Shown here: piece after piece, positions 9,217-16,439 of the stretch
How positions within the stretch are numbered: the stretch's first letter is position 1
How the letters are laid out: each line of letters opens with the position of its first letter
Virus record (IMG/VR): IMGVR_UViG_3300032236_000747
Span: 124,001 to 188,000 of that record
DNA length: 64,000 nucleotides
Reading direction: 5' to 3' (one strand)
Program-made: the position numbers and the translations under genes
The notes under the pieces: generated by a model
The model's database searches: none
What the model was told of the DNA's origin: nothing
Seen by the model: the letters and a program-made list of their open reading frames with translations, nothing else

Positions 9217-9575
9217 GCAGTAACGGCTCGCATTGGCCAATTTCGAATGCCCTAGACCTGGATCTCGGATCACAGGGACGGAAGACTCTTCGCTGTACAA
9301 GAGCACTCAACTACTACCCGCCAGGATGAAGATCGTAAACGCCACGATTTAGTTGTTTGAAGATATTAATAAGAGCTGAAAAGAGGGATAAAACCCAGGT
9401 CAAAGCATAGGATTGTATCTATGTTTTTGATTGCCGTCAGAATAAGACGTAGCTAGTGGTACAGGCTGACCGCCACGGTAATGCTATAATACAATGTGAT
9501 TTGCGTACTCGGATAATGTCAAGTTTCTTAGCCCTTTCTGGGCTAAGTGTGACCATTGTATCTGGATAATATATT
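9217..9575 (+). ncRNA. Candidate large structured non-coding RNA, family unassigned
   Basis: No co-oriented ORF. Many stems: cctg-gatc/gatc-a-cagg 9257-9276; ctctt/aagag 9286-9303; caacta/tagttg 9308-9355; gatcgt/acgatt 9331-9349; aaagcatag/ctatgtttt 9402-9427; cttagccc/gggctaag 9527-9547; atacaatg/cattgtat 9489-9561. G-U wobbles favour the + strand. Confidence 0.55.
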
Positions 9576-9577
9576 AA

Positions 9578-9647
9578 GCTTCGCTTTACTATCAAAGTAA
9601 AAATTGCTTCAAGCGATAGCGTAGAAGCAAGTGAACGCAGTTCACTT
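9578..9647. repeat. Cluster of short inverted repeats with GNA/GNNA mini-hairpin loops
   Basis: GCGAAGC on - strand (9578-9584); tttact/agtaaa 9585-9601; ttgcttc/gaagcaa 9604-9630 enclosing GC-GATA-GC; aagtgaac-GCA-gttcactt 9629-9647. Confidence 0.7.
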
Positions 9648-9660
9648 TACTGTATGTGAC

Positions 9661-9666
9661 TAAATA
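9661..9666 (+). promoter_or_regulatory. Late promoter core TAAATA
   Basis: Upstream of ATG 9700. Confidence 0.6.
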
Positions 9667-9699
9667 AATCATCAATATTCCACAGTTAAGGAAAAATAT

Positions 9700-10782
9700 A
9701 TGAAGATTTCTCAGTTAGTACAGTTTAGTTTAGACGAAACAACTAAAAATCCCGCAAGAGCTGCTTCTCAGGAAACAGGGCGTAATCTTGCTAGATCTAT
9801 GGCTAGTGGAGGTTTAACTCCAGATCAACTACAAAGATCTATTCAGGGACAACAGTCTAGGCTAGTTAAAACTCCTAACACTGGAGATACTCTAGGACAA
9901 ACAACTCCTCAACAAAGACTAGCTGCACAGAGACAGACTAATGGCGTTGCTCCTGCTGCTCCTGGTACTCAAGTAGTTCCTGCTAATACTCAAGCAGCAC
10001 CCCAAGCTACAAATACTCAAGTAGCTCCTCAAGGTCCAGTTAATCTAGGTGCTGCTACTCCAGATGCTGGAGAAGAAAGACCAGGTAACGACCTTGCTAC
10101 TACTCAAGAACCTGCTGCTGCACCTGCTGAGAAGGGTAAGCTAGCCAAAGCCGGTGATTGGGTCAAAGGTAAACTATCTAATGCTTCTCTACAAGGCGCA
10201 AGTAATCTTATTCAACGTGGTGCTGCTAATGCCAAGGACAACATTCCGGGCATCGCCGGATATGCTAGTGACCTAGTGGGCAACACAGCTCAAGCAGTTG
10301 CTCCGGGTGCTAACAAAGCTATCAGCGCAGTTGGTGACGTAGGTACCAACCTAGCACAAAACGCAAGTAACGTTGCCAGTGCTGTAGGCGGCGGACTAAC
10401 TAAAACTATCGGAGCCACGCTAGGTGGATTTGGTCAAGGCTATCACACAGCACGTCAAGGCAAGAGTTTTAGAGATGCTGCTGGTGGACTACCGGGTGCT
10501 CCTAGACTAGGTGGCCAATACCAAGGTGATCCATATCAAGGTGGAGATACAGGTAACGCAGGTACCCCAACAAGTTCGGGTACAGATCGTCCAGCTAGTG
10601 GCGGTATTGGTGGAGCCATGCGTCAGGCTGCTGGTGTAGGCGGTCAAGGCGGCGGCGAGGGCACTGATGCTATTAGCGATCTAAAAAATAGACTAGGAAG
10701 AGTTGAGAAAGCCATGGGACTAGCTGAATCTAAGAAGCCCCAAGGCACTATGCTTCCTCATGTTAGAAGAAGGGCAGTTTAG
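9700..10782 (+). CDS. Low-complexity Gly/Ala/Gln-rich protein, putative internal head (ejected) protein
   Basis: N-terminus MKISQLVQFSLDE resembles T4 capsid-targeting/gp21-cleaved leaders; late promoter; largely disordered composition. Confidence 0.5.
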   Translation: MKISQLVQFSLDETTKNPARAASQETGRNLARSMASGGLTPDQLQRSIQGQQSRLVKTPNTGDTLGQTTPQQRLAAQRQTNGVAPAAPGTQVVPANTQAAPQATNTQVAPQGPVNLGAATPDAGEERPGNDLATTQEPAAAPAEKGKLAKAGDWVKGKLSNASLQGASNLIQRGAANAKDNIPGIAGYASDLVGNTAQAVAPGANKAISAVGDVGTNLAQNASNVASAVGGGLTKTIGATLGGFGQGYHTARQGKSFRDAAGGLPGAPRLGGQYQGDPYQGGDTGNAGTPTSSGTDRPASGGIGGAMRQAAGVGGQGGGEGTDAISDLKNRLGRVEKAMGLAESKKPQGTMLPHVRRRAV

Positions 10783-10981
10783 TTTCTTTAGTTGTTTCGA
10801 GATTACTGTCGATTATCTTAGAGATAATCTCTCTGTTTTCAAAGTCTAGTTGGAAGGCTTCTTCAAAGGTAAGGCTTCCCCTCATAAACCAACACATTCT
10901 AAAAAGATCTTTCTTTAAGGCTTTTGTATCTGCTTCCATTTCTTTAACTAACTCTTCGATCTCTGGGATCGTCAGACGCAA
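10763..10981 (-). CDS. gp51: Baseplate hub assembly catalyst (gp51-like); possibly made as a -1 frameshift extension of gp26
   Basis: 'LFRMCWFMRGSLTFEEAFQLDFENREIISKII...TKLPFF' gp51-like pattern; weak TTG start; frame is open upstream through the gp26 stop. Confidence 0.7.
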   Translation of the reverse strand: MRLTIPEIEELVKEMEADTKALKKDLFRMCWFMRGSLTFEEAFQLDFENREIISKIIDSNLETTKETKLPFF

Positions 10982-10986
10982 AAGCC

Positions 10987-11850
10987 TTACGCGAAAAAAT
11001 CTGAGTTATTAAAGTTAATAGGAATCTCGTAGGTAGCAGGAGCACCTTCTGCCTGTTGCTCCTCAGTTGTGTTAGCAGTCAATGGTTTTAGTTCATTATG
11101 TTTCTTTAGTTCGTCTAAGTGATTTTTAATTTTATCAAAAACATCTTTGTCACAGTTACCGATAAACTCTTTAATGTGTTTTGCGTCAGTGACTTCTACA
11201 CCAGTTGAAACTATTTTATAAATGCTTTCGCTGATTAGATCTACGGTAACTTGTGTTAAGTTACCGAAGCTACGATTAAACAATTCTAACTTTTGTTCTT
11301 CACTAAGCGAATCATCGTTGACCATGTTCAATATTTTTTGAGTTTCAAAACTTTTTAAACCAATCTGCGTCATGTGTTTATAAGTTAACGGTCTAACAAA
11401 AACAGTCAAATCTTCGGAAATCTGTATTTGCTCATCCCATCCGACTGAAGTTAACTGTTGATCTAACAAATGCCTTAGGTCTAAATCAAACTCCACTTCT
11501 TCAAGGGTTACTGGTATCTTATATTTGATAGGCATCCGATCACCGTATGTAGCAAGACGTATAGCAATAAGAATGCTATCCAAATCAAGAGTAGGGCACG
11601 CCCAGGCATTTTTAATATTTGGAATACAACTTTGTATAACATCGACCATGGCCTGTCCGTTAAGTAACGCATCTGGAGTTTTAAATATTAACTCATCCCT
11701 AGCAGTCATCGAATATACTGGAAAATCTCCAGTCTCGGTCATTTCTAAACTCTTTGGCGCCCAATATGTACCGTTGGTTGGCAACTTCATGTAGATCTTT
11801 GGTTGCCTCATAAAGTTGGCTAATGGGTTTGGTCTTGCTACTGGTTGCAT
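10987..11850 (-). CDS. gp26: Baseplate hub assembly protein (gp26-like)
   Basis: 'NPLANFMRQPKIYMKLPT...VYSMTARDELIFKTPDALLNG...DLDSILIAIRLATYG' gp26 pattern. Confidence 0.8.
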   Translation of the reverse strand: MQPVARPNPLANFMRQPKIYMKLPTNGTYWAPKSLEMTETGDFPVYSMTARDELIFKTPDALLNGQAMVDVIQSCIPNIKNAWACPTLDLDSILIAIRLATYGDRMPIKYKIPVTLEEVEFDLDLRHLLDQQLTSVGWDEQIQISEDLTVFVRPLTYKHMTQIGLKSFETQKILNMVNDDSLSEEQKLELFNRSFGNLTQVTVDLISESIYKIVSTGVEVTDAKHIKEFIGNCDKDVFDKIKNHLDELKKHNELKPLTANTTEEQQAEGAPATYEIPINFNNSDFFA

Positions 11851-11863
11851 GGAAAATCCTCAA

Positions 11864-11869
11864 TAAATA
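11864..11869 (+). promoter_or_regulatory. Late promoter core TAAATA for the tape measure/portal operon
   Basis: ataaata upstream of ATG 11924. Confidence 0.55.
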
Positions 11870-11890
11870 AAAGTGTATAACTATCGGTAA

Positions 11891-11898
11891 TATTTATA
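11891..11898 (-). promoter_or_regulatory. Late promoter TATAAATA for gp26
   Basis: tatttata on + strand is the exact T4 late consensus on the - strand. Confidence 0.65.
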
Positions 11899-11923
11899 TA
11901 CATACAAAATGGTGATTTAATCT

Positions 11924-14239
11924 ATGAATCCAGCACAAGAAGCTACACTTGCAGAACTAGTACGTATTGCTGCCACAATGGGCAAAGACATTGAGAAGAT
12001 GCGTAAATGGGCTGAAAAAGACCATTCCACTGCTAATGGAAGTGCTTCATCTGGCGGAACAACAGGAGCCACTGCTACTGCCGCAGCCGAGTTAGGCAAG
12101 TTTAGCAAGATAGCTGCTGCTGCAAACATAGCCGTAAAAGCACTAGAGGTAGGTTTTAACATGGTTTCAAGCGTGTTAGGGGGCTTATCCAGCATTGTCG
12201 GCGGCTTAGTAGGTACAGTATCTAAGACAGCAGAAAACTTAATAAAGTTTGCAATCAGTACAACTAGCGGTACAGCCAAGCTAGCCGACTTCTATGATGC
12301 TTTCCGAGACCTTCCTTCGTTGCTAGGTACGTTTGCAGGATATATTGCAGACATCACTAGATATTTTGAAAATATGTTAGGTGATTATCAGGCAATGTCT
12401 AACTCAGGAGCGAGCTTTAGTGGAAGTTTAGCAAACATGCGTGTAGCCGCTGCCGAAGCACAAATGAGTCTAACTGAATTAAAAAATTCTCTTAATCAAA
12501 ATTCTGAAATATTTTCTAGTCTAGGAGGAAACGTTGAGAACGGCATGCGCAAATTTGTTAGTATGCAAAGTGCGTTGCTTGGTCCTAACAGCACATACTC
12601 TAAAGAACTTCTCGGGCTAGGATATACCACAGAACAAGTATCACAAGGACTTCAAACATATATTAGACTGCAAGGTGACATGAACAAACAAGGCATGCAA
12701 AACACCAAACAAGTTGCTGAAGGTGTAATGAATGTTAATAAAGAACTAGACCTATATGCTAAGGCTACTGGTATCAACAGAGAAAAGTTAGAAGCTGATA
12801 TGAAGAAAGCTTCATTTGACGCTAGTTGGAAGCAGTTTACACAGGGTATGAGTCCAGAAAAAGCTGCTGAAGCTACTCTTGCTGTAAGCAAGGCTCTACA
12901 GACAGGCGGTGAAGGAGCTGCTGATTTACTTAAACAAATGTTTATGACTGGAGGGCGTGTATCCACTCCTATTACTGAAGCTAGTAAAGCATTCTTTATT
13001 CAATCTAATGGTATGGCCGAGCAATATACCAGAGGTATGTATAACTCAACAATGAACATGAAAGCTGGTAGTCAAGAGCAACTTGCTGTTCAGTTAGAAC
13101 TGAATAGGCGATTAGGAGCAGAAGGACAAAAGTTTTATAAACAGTTTGGCGACGGTGCAGCAATATTGAATATGCAGAATCATGCTTTGTTTAAGAGTAA
13201 TGAGTTAATGAACCTAGGACAGAAGACGCAAACTCAAACTGTTGCCAGTGCCAAGATCGCTGCTGCCGAAGCAAAAAGACAACAAGAAGAGCAAAAAAAT
13301 GGATCAGCATCAGCATTTGCTAATGTTCAGCAAGGATTTAAAACTTTTGGAAACGCACTAACTTCTGCGGTAGTTACATTCTTAGAACCATTTGCTACTC
13401 AGTTTGCGCAATGGGGACTTTACGTAGCAAACCTAATGAATGATCCGGAAGTAAAAGATGCCATGAATCAAGCTCGTGTTATGTTAACTGACATTATATC
13501 TTGGCTCGGTGGAGCATTTAAATCTATCTCAGCAGAATTTAAGACTGGAGGATTTACAGCGGCGTTTAACGAAGCTATTAAACAAATAGAAGAAGGACTT
13601 AATGAAGTATGGAAGGTTATAGGTCCTCCTATAATTAGAGTTTGGAACGATGATGTTGTGCCTTTTTTAAAGAAAGCGTTTTCATCATTGTTTGAACTGA
13701 TTTGGGTTGGATTTAAACAATGGCTATTCGGCGGACCATCTGTTGAGGAACTTAAAAGGCAAGGACAAGATAAGAAAGATAAAACGGTAGAATCTAAAAT
13801 GTCTGAAGCTGATTATAAAAATAAAGCAACTGATATTTTAATGGCTGAACGTCCAGGAAAAGAAGGAACTATCACTAATGCTGATATTATGCGTAAAGTT
13901 GAAGAACTTAAAGCTCAGTACAATGGAGCACCTGCTAAATCGGAAGAGGTAAATCCAAGAGAACGCAGGGCTAGTGGCACTTGGGGCATGACCGGGCAGC
14001 TAACTGAGCCCAAAACCACAGTTACTCAAGTCGAAGCAGGCGAAACGGTGCTGACTGCTGAGCAGAGGAACGCCATGCTAGCAGCCATGAACGGAGGCAG
14101 CGGAAATAGTGTAGCAGAGGCTATTAATCGCTTAAATAACTTAACAGCACAGTTGCTTCATCACACCCGCGAAGTTGCTCAACATACTAAACGCAATGTA
14201 GATGCAACTAGGGCATTAAACGGAAACTTATTGGCTTAA
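11924..14239 (+). CDS. Tail tape measure protein
   Basis: 771-aa Ala/Gln/Met-rich helical protein; C-terminal 'RRASGTWGMTGQLTEP...EAGETVLT' motif; next to gp26/gp51-like genes. Confidence 0.75.
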   Translation: MNPAQEATLAELVRIAATMGKDIEKMRKWAEKDHSTANGSASSGGTTGATATAAAELGKFSKIAAAANIAVKALEVGFNMVSSVLGGLSSIVGGLVGTVSKTAENLIKFAISTTSGTAKLADFYDAFRDLPSLLGTFAGYIADITRYFENMLGDYQAMSNSGASFSGSLANMRVAAAEAQMSLTELKNSLNQNSEIFSSLGGNVENGMRKFVSMQSALLGPNSTYSKELLGLGYTTEQVSQGLQTYIRLQGDMNKQGMQNTKQVAEGVMNVNKELDLYAKATGINREKLEADMKKASFDASWKQFTQGMSPEKAAEATLAVSKALQTGGEGAADLLKQMFMTGGRVSTPITEASKAFFIQSNGMAEQYTRGMYNSTMNMKAGSQEQLAVQLELNRRLGAEGQKFYKQFGDGAAILNMQNHALFKSNELMNLGQKTQTQTVASAKIAAAEAKRQQEEQKNGSASAFANVQQGFKTFGNALTSAVVTFLEPFATQFAQWGLYVANLMNDPEVKDAMNQARVMLTDIISWLGGAFKSISAEFKTGGFTAAFNEAIKQIEEGLNEVWKVIGPPIIRVWNDDVVPFLKKAFSSLFELIWVGFKQWLFGGPSVEELKRQGQDKKDKTVESKMSEADYKNKATDILMAERPGKEGTITNADIMRKVEELKAQYNGAPAKSEEVNPRERRASGTWGMTGQLTEPKTTVTQVEAGETVLTAEQRNAMLAAMNGGSGNSVAEAINRLNNLTAQLLHHTREVAQHTKRNVDATRALNGNLLA

Positions 14240-14243
14240 TATT

Positions 14244-15983
14244 ATGGCATGGAAACGTTACTTCACACCTGTTAACAAAACAGGTACCCTTAGTCCTATC
14301 AGTGGCAGTGGCACTGGTAGCAGCCTCGGTGCAGGTGTAGGACGCACTAACTACAGCAGTTATCTTCCTGATGTTTACACAGGACATCCTAACAGACTTG
14401 AACGTTATGGTCAATATGATACTATGGACATGGACAGCGAAGTTAATGCTGCCCTAGATATCTTAGCTGAGTTCTGCACGCAAATAAATGACGAAAATAG
14501 CACACCTTTTCAGGTTGCTTTTAAAGAGCAGGCAACTAGCACAGAAATAAAAATTATTAAAAAATATCTGCAGCAGTGGACTAAACTAAACAAGTTTGAG
14601 AAACGTATCTTTAAAATCGTACGCAACGCTTTTAAGTACGGAGACAGCTTTTTTATCAGAGATCCCGAAGATCAGAGCTGGTTTTACGTTGACCCTAGCA
14701 AGGTAGATAAGATTATTGTCAACGAGTCGGAAGGCAAGCTAGCAGAACAATATGTTGTCCGTGACATCAATGTTAACTTTGAAAACTTAACCACTACTCA
14801 GATCAATCCCACCAATCAAAATATGACTCCGGGCAATGTTGCCTACATCACAGGCGGTGCACAGCAACGTGGCATGGTCGGTGGCAGTTCTCAACAAAAT
14901 GGTAGCCGCTTTGCTACTAACATGAACCAATGGGCCATCGACGCAAAGCACGTTATTCATATCAGTCTAAGTGAAGGTTTAGACAATAATTTCCCATTCG
15001 GCAACAGTTTACTTGAAAGTATTTTTAAAGTATACAAGCAAAAAGAATTGTTAGAAGACGCGATTATTATCTATCGTGTTATGCGTGCGCCCGAGCGCAG
15101 AGTATTTTACATCGACGTAGGTAACATGCCTCCGCACTTGGCCATGGGCTTTGTAGAACGTGTTAAAAACGAAGTTAACCAACGCAGACTACCATCGGTA
15201 GCAGGCGGCAGCAGCAGTGTAGTTGACAGTAGCTATAACCCGTTAAGCATCACTGAAGACTACTACTTCCCTCAAACAGCAGAAGGGCGAGGAAGTAAGA
15301 TTGATACCCTTGCAGGCGGTACAAACCTAGGAGAAATTGATGATCTTCGCTTTTTTACTAATAAGTTGTTTAGGGCTCTACGCATCCCTAGCAGTTATCT
15401 ACCTACTGGTCCCGACGACGGTGGAAGCTCATTTAATGATGGTCGAGTTGGAACAGCCTACATTCAAGAACTTAGATTCAACAAGTACTGTGAACGCTTA
15501 CAAAGTCTAATGAACGAGGTCTTTGACCTACAGTTTAAGATGTATATGAACAAGAAAGGAATCAACATTGATCCTAACTTGTTTGACCTAAAGTTTAACC
15601 CTCCGCAGAACTTTGCGGCATATCGTCAAGCTGAAATGGACGGTGCTAGAGTTAACACATTTACCACTATGGCTGGTATTCCACACATTAGTAAACGCTT
15701 TGCCCTTAAACGCTTCTTAGGCCTGAGCCAAGAAGAGATGGCAGAGAACGAAAAGATGTGGAAAGAAGAAAACGTTGACACTAAAACTAATCTATCTGCC
15801 CAAGCAGAACTACGTAGCGCAGGCGTTACACCTAGCGGTATTAGCGGTGATATTGACGCACTTGGACAAAGTGCTGAACCTCCAGAAGGCATGGGAGAAG
15901 AAGGCATGCCAGGTGCTCCTAGCCCAGTAGATGCAGCCGGGGGCGGAGCAGCTCCGGGTGGTGCGCCAACTGGTGGAATGTAA
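14244..15983 (+). CDS. gp20: Portal vertex protein
   Basis: 'LLEDAIIIYRVMRAPERRVFYIDVGNMPPHLA...EDYYFPQTAEGRGSKIDTLAGGTNLGEIDDLRFFTNKLFRALRIPSSYL'. Confidence 0.97.
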   Translation: MAWKRYFTPVNKTGTLSPISGSGTGSSLGAGVGRTNYSSYLPDVYTGHPNRLERYGQYDTMDMDSEVNAALDILAEFCTQINDENSTPFQVAFKEQATSTEIKIIKKYLQQWTKLNKFEKRIFKIVRNAFKYGDSFFIRDPEDQSWFYVDPSKVDKIIVNESEGKLAEQYVVRDINVNFENLTTTQINPTNQNMTPGNVAYITGGAQQRGMVGGSSQQNGSRFATNMNQWAIDAKHVIHISLSEGLDNNFPFGNSLLESIFKVYKQKELLEDAIIIYRVMRAPERRVFYIDVGNMPPHLAMGFVERVKNEVNQRRLPSVAGGSSSVVDSSYNPLSITEDYYFPQTAEGRGSKIDTLAGGTNLGEIDDLRFFTNKLFRALRIPSSYLPTGPDDGGSSFNDGRVGTAYIQELRFNKYCERLQSLMNEVFDLQFKMYMNKKGINIDPNLFDLKFNPPQNFAAYRQAEMDGARVNTFTTMAGIPHISKRFALKRFLGLSQEEMAENEKMWKEENVDTKTNLSAQAELRSAGVTPSGISGDIDALGQSAEPPEGMGEEGMPGAPSPVDAAGGGAAPGGAPTGGM

Positions 15984-15989
15984 TAAATA
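15984..15989 (+). promoter_or_regulatory. Late promoter core TAAATA
   Basis: Ends 5 nt before ATG 15995. Confidence 0.55.
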
Positions 15990-15994
15990 TTGCT

Positions 15995-16258
15995 ATGCTA
16001 CTATTAGAATTCCTTTACTTTGACCAAGAACATGCTGATCCTACGGATAATGATCGCTATGACATTACCAAAGATACCAGCGTGATCAAAAGCAAGGATC
16101 TACGCAAGAGTCGCTTGACACTAGGCATGCTAAATGACCTACGCAAAGCCGGCGATGCTAGAGAAAAAGAGACTAAAGAAGACCTAAGTCTTATCAGAGT
16201 TATGTACGCAACACCTGTCGAAGAAGAAGGTGGCGGAGCAGCTCCAGCTGGATTTTAA
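15995..16258 (+). CDS. Small head-morphogenesis-region protein
   Basis: 87 aa between portal and scaffold; 'RKSRLTLGMLNDLRKAGDAREKE' basic helix. Confidence 0.7.
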   Translation: MLLLEFLYFDQEHADPTDNDRYDITKDTSVIKSKDLRKSRLTLGMLNDLRKAGDAREKETKEDLSLIRVMYATPVEEEGGGAAPAGF

Positions 16259-16342
16259 TCATAGCAGATAACTTTTCTAACTAGAAACTTAAATATTTTA
16301 GAGAAGAAAGTCAAAAAGAGGTAAAACTCTGTCAATCGAAGT

Positions 16343-16360
16343 CAAAAACGGCCGTTTTTG
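16343..16360. repeat. 18-bp perfect palindrome caaaaacggccgtttttg
   Basis: Self-complementary, in the 180-bp gap before the scaffold gene. Confidence 0.85.
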
Positions 16361-16392
16361 GCCTGTTTCACGCACCATATCTTAATACACGT

Positions 16393-16398
16393 TAAATA
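16393..16398 (+). promoter_or_regulatory. Late promoter core TAAATA for the scaffold/protease/capsid operon
   Basis: Upstream of SD aggag and ATG 16440; a second copy is at 16290-16295. Confidence 0.6.
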
Positions 16399-16439
16399 CT
16401 CCTGATAGCCTTGCCGATCTAACACAGGAGATAAACGCA

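Noticed and set aside
9307-9360. Group I intron around the GIY-YIG gene (tcaactacta resembles the R element TCAACGACTA)
   Set aside because: No matching S element (GATATAGTC) to form P7 and no interrupted host gene; kept only as an unassigned structured RNA
9217-9699. tRNA, tmRNA or RNase P RNA
   Set aside because: No cloverleaf or TTCGA arm with CCA end, and no GAGGAAAGTCC RNase P motif recognised
10780-10782. Stop-codon reassignment (TAG is rarely used)
   Set aside because: All core genes translate full-length in the standard code without internal TAG or TGA; low TAG use alone is not evidence
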